This document shows, in pieces, positions 11,216-24,200 of a stretch of 64,000 nt of DNA. A model generated the notes under the pieces. The model was not told the origin of the DNA and ran no database searches. It was given only the letters and a program-made list of their open reading frames with translations. Each line of letters opens with the position of its first letter. Position 1 is the stretch's first letter. The translations under genes and the position numbers were made by a program. This stretch comes from Macrostomum lignano (taxonomy: Eukaryota), in contig NIVC01002314.1 in NCBI GenBank assembly GCA_002269645.1, positions 62,001 through 126,000 on the forward strand, given 5' to 3'.

Positions 11216-12227
11216 TGAGGGCGCCAACGCCAAAAGTGAGAGCGCCAAAACCATCGCCGAAAAGCACCGTACACTAAAGCGCCAATAGAACTACAACAAA
11301 TTGTACAAGCAGGTTGCATTTGCATTTCAAACGCCTATCTGTGTACTGAAAGTAAAATACCTTTGTCATTAAGTTATTATTTAAAAAAATATCTCGCAGT
11401 TGAAGTCATGTCTTTATCATTCAAAGAATTTAAGGTTAACTTATATTAGCATTGGTTGTGCATTTAATAAGCAGAAGCAAGTCTGTAGCATTAAAAAATG
11501 ACCTTTATTGACACGTTCTCGGGTATAACGTAGGCAATTATTTAATAAACTTGTTTGAGAGAAGAGGATTACTATTTGTTTTAATGTTCTGCAATAATAT
11601 TTTTCTTAAAAGGATAAATTCTGTGCAATTTTATGCAGTTAACATAAACCTGGACACAAGCAAAGTTATTCGTGTAGCTACATCACAATAAAAGCAATCA
11701 AAATTGCTTGTGCAATTAATTTTGTATCTTGTCTATCTTGATAAGAGCAATAGCTAAGAGCATTAGCTAAGAGAATTAGCTAATTTAAACAACAAAGAAT
11801 GGTATTTTAATATTTAAACTACAGTGCAAAAATGGCTATCCGAGACGTGTATTTAAAAACTCATATATCGCAGTAATTGTTACAATAAATATGGAAAATT
11901 GATGAATGTTTTAACAATTTGTTTAAAATGAATTGCTTGTATTATGCATATTTCCGCCAAAACAAACAAAAAAACTAGCTAACAATAGCACTATTTAGTC
12001 AGATTGAGCTTTCGGCGACCTGTAATAATTAAAGACTAATCTACAAATAGAGCGTTTCCTGCAACAAGACTACATCATGTAATAATGCGAGCTTAATCTT
12101 GATTGTTAGAGGCATTTTGATGCGATAGAAATTTATTAGCACCAAAAATGCCCAGAACCCATTGGTACATAGCATTGGGTCAACCCCCCATCGCCCTCAC
12201 GAAATTTGTGATTCGCCCTAAGAGACA

Positions 12228-12363
12228 GGAATAGGGGCGAACACCAAGAGACAGGGGTGCCCACCAAGAGACAGGGGCGCCAATCAAGGTACAGGGGCAC
12301 CCACCAAGAGACAGGGGCGCCAACCAAGAGACAGGGGCGCCAACCAAGAGACAGGGGCGCCAG
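12228..12363 (+). repeat. About 20-bp minisatellite ACCAAGAGACAGGGGCGCCA
   Basis: About 6 imperfect copies sharing ACCAAG and GGGGCGCCA with the 16-bp family. Confidence 0.75.
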
Positions 12364-13089
12364 TCAAGATATCAAACATAAAACTCGTGCAAACTTCCAA
12401 GCACTATTTAATCTAGTAGATAATAAACGTCTAGCGACATAAACAGTACTCTATTAGGAGATCGAAACGAAACACACTCAAAAAGCTCAAGCGTGCAAAA
12501 ATCAAAAGTCAGAGAATAAGTAACAAAAAATTACATAAAAATTTCGATTGAAGACGACGTTTTAATGGAAAAAGTCAGTCAAATTATCGCAAAACTTGGT
12601 CTCGAATGCAGTTCAATACATAATAGTAATTAGTAATAGGTGCATTACAGTCGAAAATGGACAAAAACTCTATTTAGCAATCAATTAATAAAACAGGCAA
12701 GCTCGTAATTCTGTCAAAATGGTAGACCCTATTAGTACAAAGTATATAATGTCAGCAGGTAGGTGTAAATACTCTACTCACAGTCATTAGTAGAGATAGC
12801 TATGCAATGGACAGGACGTAGGTTGTTTTCGATAGCACTTATTTAAGAAAATTGTTAAACAAACATCACCGCCATTGGCCTTAAAGGAAATCAGAATGGT
12901 TGCGGTGCAAATTTAATTTTAAAAAATCATGTACCAATAAAAAAATGGTTTAAAGAATTTAAATTAGGGTAAACAATTAGGATAGGTTGTATGCTTGTTA
13001 CAATTTTTGGGGTTGCAGTGCTAATTTAGAGTTCAGAGTTCAAAAGAACGAACAACAAGCATTTAACTCGATGTACAGAAGTGACGCAA

Positions 13090-13503
13090 GACGGGCGAAA
13101 CTTAGCCTAGGGCAGTCCCAATTTAGCCCAGCCAATGAGAGAGCAGTAAGGAGAGTGACCAAAGTCAGACGGACGAAACTCAGCCTAGGGGGTAGGCCCA
13201 ATTTAGCCCAGCCAATGAGAGAGCAGTAAGGAGAGAGGTCAGAGTCAGACGGACGAAACTCAGCCTAGGGGGTAGGCCCAATTTAGCCCAGCCAATGAGA
13301 GAGCAGTAAGGAGAGAGGTCAGAGTCAGACGGACGAAACTCAGCCTAGGGGGTAGGCCCAATTTAGCCCAGCCAATGAGAGAGCAGTAAGGAGAGAGACC
13401 AAAGTCAGACGGACGAAACTCAGCCTAAGGGGGCAGGCCCAATCTAGCTCAGCCAATGAGAGAGCAGTAAGGAGAGAGGTCAGAGTCAGACGGACGAAAC
13501 TCT
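13090..13503 (+). repeat. 80-bp tandem repeat containing AGCCAATGA; second array at 57320-57606
   Basis: About 5 copies at period 80 (e.g. 13201 vs 13281). Confidence 0.9.
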
Positions 13504-13975
13504 GCAACTTAACTTTGTATAAACAGCATTATTTCCATTCTCCTATCTTGTCAACGGGAGAAACAAGAGGGTAAGACTAAGGGGAAAGCCACTCTTTTCT
13601 TTTCCTGCTCGCTATGCACATGCAACTGCATAGATCTAATAGTCTTTAATTTAATTCTTTTGAAATAATTTTCAGTATGAGACAGTCTGGACTCCGTAAA
13701 ACAGGGGGAAGATGAAGATGCTGATTCAATGGGTCTGATTGTAGAAAGCAGATGTAATTGTTGCTGCATTTAAAAACTTTTAATATTCTTTAAAGTCTTT
13801 TGCTATTTATGCCACTGAAAAAGTAGGTGGGGTGAGTGCATTTCAAGCAGATCCTCTGTTCTAATTTTACCGCGCTATTTTAAAATCATTTGCTTCACTA
13901 ACCCGAAATTGGCTCTTTCTAGCGCGAATTGGAATTTGGATAAAAAATGAGACACGAGCCCAGGAAGAATTGAAT

Positions 13976-15084
13976 TCAACTGCCAAAAGAATTGTCAACA
14001 GCGTTTTGCCCTTTGTCTGCGCCCAGCCACTGTCGGATAACCTTTCGAAAATAGGACACAGTGCCGCGTAGCATAATGCAAAACCAATAGACCTGCAGCG
14101 AGCCAAGTATAATGCAACTAATAGTGCATTTAATAGGAATCTTGCCGAGCACCTGGCTGAATGGAATACCTCTGTATTGGGCGTAGCAATAGTACAAATA
14201 TGGAAACATCAGAATGCGACCAATTAGCATTGCGCCGAGCATCACTAGGCCGTTGCTAATGTAAACTGGAGACGCCTTGCAATCCAACTGCAATGTCAGG
14301 TATTAGATAAGAAGCCATTTTAATTTAAAGTCCCCGATGGATCAGAGGTGTACATTTGTATGTAAATGAAAATGGAGTGTTGGTGCAGAGTTTTTGGCTA
14401 TAGAACACAAAAACACTGCTTTTTCTTTCAAAAACTATTGGGGGGTAAATAAGCTTACAATTGGAGGGAATCTGATGACTTACCTTGGCCAGAATATGCC
14501 TGGTCTGAATGTACGGTACAGGCAATTCAAATACATAGAATGCTCCCACAACAAAATCGCCCAGACCATTCCGGAAGTACTGTAAATGAATTGAATAGAC
14601 CATATATTTGCAATTATATATGATAATAAAGATATTACCAACAAAAAATTCTTACCAGCAACGACGGATAGAACATCAAAGGCAGGGCAAAATGATGAAG
14701 AAACATCAGCTTGCGTTTAACCCAGAAAAGCTTGAGAGCCGGTATCAAGTTGTGCCAATTCGACGAAATACGCCTATCCTTAAGGGGCTCCGTGCGCAGG
14801 TACAAAGCCATGGCCATCACAACCAGATCGTAGTAAAAATACGGTACACCAAATCTAGCATACGCATTTGTCAGCCAATGACTGAAAAAAGATTTGTTCA
14901 GGTTGTTCTACTGATAGTAGAGTAACTTGCGTATGTTTATTTTTCTAAACTTTTAACAAAAGAATTAAAACATGAATGAATAAAAAACAATTAATACCTG
15001 TCGTAAATCATATCATGGCGGCAGTTCATCATGACAACCCAGCCGACAAAAACAGCAATGCATGCCTGAATGATAGACACGACA
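13976..15084 (-). CDS. TLCD3: TLC-domain protein, TLCD3/FAM57-like, paralog A (5' exon not resolved)
   Basis: Exons 14998-15084, 14656-14881, 14484-14579 and 13976-14287 have GT-AG borders. The protein has HWLTNAY...PYFYYD, LMFLHH, GLGDFVVGAFYVFELPVPY, NGLVML...RILMFPYLY and QVYWF, matching recalled FAM57/TLCD3 motifs. Confidence 0.88.
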
Positions 15085-15674
15085 CTAAAATATAAATGCA
15101 AAAAACGAAAATTTTCCTCACAATTTTATAGTTTTCGATACATATAGGCAAAATTCGCTTGTCTGAAAAACATTCAAAACCGCATAGCAATAAGTTGTTG
15201 CTTCTACAAATAATATATAGAGTGGCTTTCCATGAAAACAGAGATCAGAAATAATCACCCTGATCTGTACTCTTGCCTTTTAAAATTAATAGAAAAAGCT
15301 GAACTATATTATGACATTGATTATAGTTGTATAGTTGTAAACTAAAAATGGAAGGTAGGAATAAAAAAATTGCTAGCAATTGCTGCTGCAAGTATTTTTT
15401 TAAACCGGCAATTAGATTCGTTTCTGCTTCTTTGTTTTATTTAGCAAAAAAGACAGATAGTCAATTGGCTATTTAGAAAGGATTAACGCTAAATAACATA
15501 TCGTTAATGAATTCCTTGTTACGTGGAATAAATGTAATATACACGTATTAATTCACATTAAAAAAGTGCTTGAATTTGGTTGTAAAATTAAAAAAAAGTG
15601 GTGAAATTGATGGTGTGATTTTTAAATAAATGAACAAGTCAAGATAGGCAAGTAATTGTCAGTCAAAAAATTTC

Positions 15675-15747
15675 CGCCCGAACAGGGACTCGAACCCTGG
15701 ACCCTCAGATTAAAAGTCTGATGCTCTACCGACTGAGCTATCCGGGC
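15675..15747 (-). tRNA. tRNA-Lys(UUU), identical to 10279-10351
   Basis: Same 73-nt sequence, with a T6 terminator downstream on the minus strand. Confidence 0.98.
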
Positions 15748-16369
15748 TCTGACAGATAAGAGCACTAAAATCCATAATAAATGAAAAGTATTCAACGGCA
15801 AGTAACACAACGCTAACCGAGAGAAAAATCTGTTGACCGTTTATTGTGAGCAGTCAGCAAACATTCCAAGCAAAAATATATTTCTTTTCTACTACTAATA
15901 TACATTCTTATATCAGCTTTAAGTGCGAATGGGCAAGAATTTAATTGATAAAAACATGATTGTAAAAACACCTTGTCTTGTGAGCTTATTTTGCTACAAA
16001 GAAAATCTGAGATGATGGCCGTCAATCAACACGACAACACTCAACACTTGGCAAATTTGTGAATAAAATATTCATGAAACATTGTAATTATGTTAATATT
16101 GGTAGAATTCAGCAACTATTAGAAAAAAATTAATTGTTTCATCATTTGGCAACTACTACGAATCAATAAAAAACTATGAACACTACAATTCTGTTTTACA
16201 TTTTTTCGGTAAATAAAAAAATAAAAATAAAAAATCGAATGTAATTAGCAAATAGTGCTACTAACACTTTCAGTAGCAAAAATAAACTATGTGCTGAGAA
16301 AAGTAGCGTGTGATTCGCAAACAAACGAAAAAATGCTTATAATTTAAAAAAAATATTTTTATACCTAAA

Positions 16370-16757
16370 TTTCTGAGATTCTCACTCAGATTTCTGAGAT
16401 TCTCAATCAGATTTCTGAGATTCTTTCCCATAGATTGTTGAGATTATCTCCCATATATTCCTGAGATTCTCACCGATAGATTGCTGAAATTCTCACCCAT
16501 AGATTGCTGAGATTCTCACCCATAGATTGCTGAGATTCTCACCCACAGTTTGCTTAGAATCTCACCCATAGACTTCTGAGATTCCCATTTCCCATCCATA
16601 GATTGCTGAGATTCTCACCCATAGATTGCTGAAATTATCTCACATAGATTTCTTCTGAGATTAATTCTTACCCATAGATTTCTGAGATTTTCACCGATAG
16701 ACTTCTGAGATTCTCACCCATAGATTGCTGAGATTCTCACCCCAAAACTCTGAGATC
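16370..16757. repeat. Degenerate about 23-bp minisatellite TAGATTGCTGAGATTCTCACCCA
   Basis: About 16 imperfect copies, each with the near-palindrome TGAGATTCTCA. Confidence 0.85.
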
Positions 16758-17187
16758 AGCACCAAAAGAGAGCCGAAGAACAGGCAGTGTAAGCTCGCTA
16801 AGTATGGAGGCGATGGTTAAAAAACGTGACAACTTTTGACAGCACCTTTGATTAACAAATAAAGATGGTTTGAAAAAGTCAAACGAAAAAACACAGCCAT
16901 AGAAATCAAGGTGACGGATGAAGACAAAAAATGTTTTTGTGGCACAGCAATTCGACGAAAAAAATTATTAGAAATTGTGAACGTAAACATTTCGAATAAA
17001 ATAGACCAAAATGGATACATTTTTTGTAATAAAGAGTACAAATATGTACTTTTGGCGTTTAAGTTAAAACTTAAGTAGCTACTACTCATCCAAATATCTA
17101 AATAGAAGTATTTTTAAAATTCTAAATCGCATTGCGAATAACATGTTTGAAATAGTAACATTAGAGTGTGTTAGAGAGACCGCAATC

Positions 17188-20100
17188 AGTTCACAACCCA
17201 CCATACCAGTCTACAACTCACCATACCAGTCTACAACCCACCGTATCAGTTCACAAACCACCATACCAGTTTACAGTCCACCATATCAGTTTACAACCCA
17301 GTTTACAACCCACCGTATCAGTTCACAACCCACCATACCAGTTTACAACCCACTATACCAGTTTACAACCCACTATACCAGTTTACAACCTACCGTATCA
17401 GTTTACAACCCACCATATCAGTTTACAACCCACCATACCAGTTTACAAACCACCATACTAGTTTACAACCCACCATACCAGTTAACAATCCACCATACCA
17501 GTTTACAAACCACCATACCAGTTTACAACCTACCATATCAGTTTACAACCCACCATATCAGTTTACAACCTACCGTATCAGTTTACAACCCACCATACTA
17601 GTTAACAATCCAACATACCAGTTTACAAACCACCATACTAGTTAACAATCCAACATACCAGTTTACAACCCACCATACCAGTTTACAACCCACCATACCA
17701 GTTTAAAACCCACCATATCAGTTTACAAACCACCATACTAGTTAACAATCCAACATACCAGTTTACAACCCACCATATCAGTTTACAACCCACCATACCA
17801 GTTTACAAACCACCATACTAGTTTACAAACCACCATACAAGTTTACAAACCAACCATACCAGTTTACAACCCACCATACTAGTTTACAAACCACCATACT
17901 AGTTTACAACCCACCATACAAGTTTACAAACCAACCATACCAGTTTACAAACCACCATACCAGTCTACAACCCACCATACCAGGTACCAGTTTACAACCC
18001 ACCATACCAGTTTACAACCCACCATACCAGGTACCAGTTTACAACCCACCATACCAGTTTACAACCCACCATACCAGTTTACAACCCACCATACCAGTTT
18101 ACAAACCAACCATACCAGTCTACAACCCACCATACCAGTCTACAACCCACCATACCAGTTTACAACCCACCATACCAGTTTACAAACCAACCATACCAGT
18201 TTACAACCCACCATACCAGTTTACAACCAACCATACCAGTTTACAACCCACCATACAAGTTTACAACCCACCATACAAGTTTACAAACCACCATACCAGT
18301 CTACAACCCACCATACCAGTTTACAACCCACCATACAAGTTTACAACCCACCATACCAGTTTACAACCCACCATACAAGTTTACAACCCACCATACCAGT
18401 TTACAAACCACCATACCAGTTTACAAACCACCATACCAGTCTACAACCCACCATACCAGGTACCAGTTTACAACCCACCATACCAGTTTACAACCCACCA
18501 TACCAGTTTACAACCCACCATACCAGTTTACAAACCAACCATACCAGTCTACAACCCACCATACCAGTCTACAACCCACCATACCAGTTTACAACCCACC
18601 ATACCAGTTTACAAACCAACCATACCAGTCTACAACCCACCATACCAGTCTACAACCCACCATACCAGTTTACAACCCACCATACCAGTTTACAAACCAA
18701 CCATACCAGTCTACAACCCACCATACCAGTTTACAAACCAACCATACCAGTCTACAACCCACCATACCAGTTTACAACCAACCATACCAGTTTACAACCC
18801 ACCATACAAGTTTACAACCCACCATACAAGTTTACAAACCACCATACCAGTTTACAACCCACCATACCAGTTTACAACCCACCATACAAGTTTACAACCC
18901 ACCATACAAGTTTACAAACCACCATACCAGTTTACAAACCACCATACCAGTCTACAACCCACCATACCAGTCTACAACCCACCATACCAGTTTACAACCC
19001 ACCATACCAGTTTACAAACCAACCATACCAGTCTACAACCCACCATACCAGTCTACAACCCACCATACCAGTTTACAACCCACCATACCAGTTTACAAAC
19101 CAACCATACCAGTCTACAACCCACCATACCAGTTTACAAACCAACCATACCAGTCTACAACCCACCATACCAGTTTACAAACCAACCATACCAGTCTACA
19201 ACCCACCATACCAGTTTACAAACCAACCATACCAGTCTACAACCCACCATACCAGTTTACAAACCAACCATACCAGTCTACAACCCACCATACCAGTTTA
19301 CAAACCAACCATACCAGTCTACAACCCACCATACCAGTTTACAAACCAACCATACCAGTCTACAACCCACCATACCAGTTTACAAACCAACCATACCAGT
19401 CTACAACCCACCATACCAGTTTACAAACCAACCATACCAGTCTACAACCCACCATACCAGTTTACAAACCACCATACCAGTCTACAACCCACCATACCAG
19501 GTACCAGTTTACAACCCACCATACCAGTTTACAAACCAACCATACCAGTCTACAACCCACCATACCAGTTTACAAACCACCATACCAGTCTACAACCCAC
19601 CATACCAGGTACCAGTTTACAACCCACCATACCAGTTTACAAACCAACCATACCAGTCTACAACCCACCATACCAGTTTACAAACCACCATACCAGTCTA
19701 CAACCCACCATACCAGGTACCAGTTTACAACCCACCATACCAGTTTACAAACCAACCATACCAGTCTACAACCCACCATACCAGTTTACAAACCACCATA
19801 CCAGTCTACAACCCACCATACCAGGTACCAGTTTACAACCCACCATACCAGTTTACAAACCACCATACCAGTCTACAACCCACCATACCAGGTACCAGTT
19901 TACAACCCACCATACCAGTTTACAAACCAACCATACCAGTCTACAACCCACCATACCAGTTTACAAACCCACCATACCAGTTTACAACCCACCATACCAG
20001 TTTACAAACCAACCATACCAGTCTACAACCCACCATACCAGTTTACAAACCAACCATACCAGTCTACAACCCACCATACCAGTTTACAACCAACCATACC

Positions 20101-21142
20101 AGTTTACAACCCACCATACAAGTTTACAACCCACCATACAAGTTTACAAACCACCATACCAGTCTACAACCCACCATACCAGTTTACAACCCACAATACA
20201 AGTTTACAACCCACCATACAAGTTTACAACCCACCATACCAGTTTACAACCCACCATACCAGTTTACAACCCACCATACAAGTTTACAACCCACCATACA
20301 AGTTTACAAACCACCATACCAGTTTACAAACCACCATACCAGTCTACAACCCACCATACCAGTCTACAACCCACCATACCAGTTTACAACCCACCATACC
20401 AGTTTACAAACCAACCATACCAGTCTACAACCCACCATACCAGTCTACAACCCACCATACCAGTTTACAACCCACCATACCAGTTTACAAACCAACCATA
20501 CCAGTCTACAACCCACCATACCAGTTTACAAACCAACCATACCAGTCTACAACCCACCATACCAGTTTACAAACCAACCATACCAGTCTACAACCCACCA
20601 TACCAGTTTACAAACCAACCATACCAGTCTACAACCCACCATACCAGTTTACAAACCAACCATACCAGTCTACAACCCACCATACCAGTTTACAAACCAA
20701 CCATACCAGTCTACAACCCACCATACCAGTTTACAAACCAACCATACCAGTCTACAACCCACCATACCAGTTTACAAACCACCATACCAGTCTACAACCC
20801 ACCATACCAGGTACCAGTTTACAACCCACCATACCAGTTTACAAACCAACCATACCAGTCTACAACCCACCATACCAGTTTACAAACCACCATACCAGTC
20901 TACAACCCACCATACCAGGTACCAGTTTACAAACCACCATACCAGTTTACAAACCACCATACCAGTTTACAAACCCACCATACCAGTTTACAAACCCACC
21001 ATACCAGTTTACAAACCAACCATACCAGTCTACAAACCAACCATACCAGTCTACAACCCACCATACCAGTTTACAAACCCACCATACCAGTCTACAAACC
21101 AACCATACCAGTCTACAACCCACCATACCAGTCTACAACCCA
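17188..21142. repeat. About 4-kb satellite, 20-bp unit CCACCATACCAGTTTACAAC with 21- and 27-bp variants
   Basis: Direct periodicity, runs of a 41-bp dimer and CAGGTAC-insertion variants. It lies between the two TLCD3 paralogs. Confidence 0.97.
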
Positions 21143-21289
21143 AACTCCTTTGCACCTTTCTATAAATACGAGCTCGAATTTTAACTAAAAATAACGCAAT
21201 AAAATAGTTTCGCGAAGAGATAGAAAAATCTACCGCATAGAATTATATTAGCAGCTAGTTTAAACGAAAAAACCATATCATTTGCAGTC

Positions 21290-24200
21290 TTATTCTGCTT
21301 TGCCGTGAGATCGCAAATATTTAGCTAGCTTCTTAATCATCATGCCAAACCAATAACCCTGCATAATTAGCATTGATAGCATGCCAATATTGCAAGGTTT
21401 CGGCAGCAAACCAACGCCTTGAAATAGTGGCACTCCGCGATAATCTGCGTATCTCTTGTAGATGTAGAATAATAACACGATTCGCGACAGAAAGAATGTC
21501 ACAACCAGTACGATTCCGTTCCACAGGTACAGGGGCAGTTCGGATAGGCCCAGCTGAAAAAATGCAATTTAAAATATTGTGTATGGGTAAAATAATGTAG
21601 CCGATATGTATCAAAAAACACATAATCTACTAACATTAAACGCATTAGACAACTACAAAACGACTTGAAGTATTTGTACCGTTGTTCAACTATTTACTTT
21701 ATTTTTAAATCGTTACAATTTGGATATTTATTCCGCCCTAAAATGAAACGTGTGTATAGTACATGACGGTTTTTGTGGAGGATACCTACTCCATATTCTT
21801 ATTCAATGATTCTTTTTCATGACTTACCCTGTACATTACGTGACGGATTTGAATGAACGGCACAGAAAAGTCCATTAGAAAGAAGCAGGCTACAATAAAA
21901 TCGCCTTTGCCGTTACGAAACCACTGAAAATTTATTTGATAATGAGAAATTCTACATAATCATTAATTTAATGCACTACTTCTAACGTGTCAGTAGCAAA
22001 CATAGACTTTTATCAGTAGAAATACGCGTAACAAGAGGAACTCCTTTTAAAAATTATTAAAATTATGCTAACAATTAAAGAAAAAATGCATTATTATTAT
22101 AAACTTACCATTAGAGTTGGATAAAAGAATAACAGAGTGATAATGTGATGCAGCATCATTAGAGGCTGGCTACGAAAGAATCCAACAAATATTTTTAAGC
22201 CACCTTTTAGATTCCTATCTAAACCGTAGCAATAGGGCTTCATCACTGTATCGTACAGGTAGTAGCCGGAGCTAAAATACACCCACGCGTTCAACAGCCA
22301 AAATCTGAAGCGAAGTTTAGAAAGATTGGATCTTAGAAGTTGATAGCTAGGCCTATGGGACTGGCAGCTAAGCATATAGGACTGGCACTAGAGGTTACTC
22401 ACTTGTCTTCCATAATGTCCATATTGTTCAGATGGTAGACTGTGATGGCTGCAAAGAGCCAACTCAAAACTGAGAAGACAAATGTTGCCACTCTGAAATG
22501 CAGGTTAAATTAGGAATTTTATTTTACTTCATGTAATAAAGGCCTTGAGAATCAAAATTTTAATTTAATCACTGTGACAATCTTAGGTATTTGTGATAAT
22601 TAAGATGCAATTATTTTGAAATCTTGGCAGTGCCACATCATTTAGTAATAGGGTGTGGTTTCTACAGATTCTTTAATTATAAGTGAGAAAAGCAAAAGCC
22701 ATTTGAAAAGTAGAATAGAATGGAGAAACCACAGTCAAACCTAATAAGACAATATCTATATGATCTGTAAAATCTATTAAATTCAGAAAAGAGCAAGTAA
22801 ACTACTAAGTAAGTAGCTTATATAGGTAACTAAAAGTATTTTGATAATATAAGAGATTGTATAAAATGGTTTTTATGCAAGACAATACAAAACACAAGAC
22901 AATTTTGTGCAACATGAATAAATTAAGAAGTCAGGACAGTCATAAAACTACAAAATAGACTTATGCAAACTGTACTAACACTAGGTATTAAAATTAAAAG
23001 ACAAATAATCAACAACACCAAGCTAACTTAATGTAGCGACAATAAATGTTGAAACCAAACTTACCAATTTAATAATTAATAGATGCAGCTGATTATGCAA
23101 GACACTCCAACAATATACTTCAATGGCTGCTTGCATTGCATAGTTACAATATAGCATTTATATATAAGCATGCCAAAATACATAGGGAATAGGCAAATTA
23201 AATATCATATATCATTTCTAAAGTAATTAACAGAAAAATTAAAAAAAGGATCCATTTTAGAGAGAGCCACAAAAGTTGATATACAAAAATGGCATACTTA
23301 GTCAAGTTTAAAAAACATAATAGTCAAATAAAATTAATTTATATGGCCATATTTATAGCATTTAGAGAACTTATCTTTATAAGAAATAGTTTCTAATAGC
23401 CAGTATAATTAGTATGTCTAGTTATATATAATAGGCTTTGTTTTCAGTAGACTAACTTTCTCTTTTTTATTAGAGGCAGGGGGTTGTGTGCATCCTGGTG
23501 CACTTTAAGCGACATTGGCACACAACCGGCGAGAGGCATTACTGCCCATTCCACTGACTTCCCTGAACAGGCATACAAGCGCGCAGATATCTATGCAGGC
23601 ACACACTCACACAGGAGTATACAGCGGCCCTAACTTTATTTTATCGTTAGGCATGTACGCTTTACTTTGCCTTGGGGGGTTGGCTCTCAAGGCCATTAAT
23701 TGCACAAGCAGAGCCAAGCCAAGATTCCAATTTAGCCCCAAATGAATGTGACTGCATTTGGAATCGAGCCTGGGTCGCTGGCACACCAGAGCAGCTGCAC
23801 TACCACTGGGCTACGGCCCCCTGACTAACTTTCTTAGAAATGTAATAATTCAAAACTCAATTATTTGTAATATTGTATGAATATTAGAAATGTTTGTGTA
23901 AAATAGTAAGGAGAAATTTTACTATAAATAGGGGCCATCTGAGAGCCTAGTCAAATAAATCATCTTCATGTTTGATTAAACAATAACTGTTCTTATAATT
24001 GCAGCTTGTAAAGCATCTCTCCAGTTATTATATTTGGAGAAGTCAATCAGCCTCAGGGCTTGTATTTGCTCTTGTGTTAATTATTTGAGTAGTAGATAGT
24101 GACTTAGGAATAGCCCCAAGATTGGGAGAATTCAATCCGTTCTTAGAGAATGAGACATCCAGATTTATAATCTGAGAAAGCACCTTTAGAAGGCAGAAAT

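Noticed and set aside
15090-15235. Possible first exon of TLCD3-A via a 37-nt intron (MFFRQANFAYMSKTIKF)
   Set aside because: The intron is very short, there are upstream in-frame stops, and it lacks the N-terminal transmembrane segment seen in paralog B.
17143-17601. 152-aa Pro/Tyr/Thr repeat ORF resembling an extensin or adhesive protein
   Set aside because: It is the degenerate edge of the 20-bp satellite, and both overlapping frames give the same repeat.
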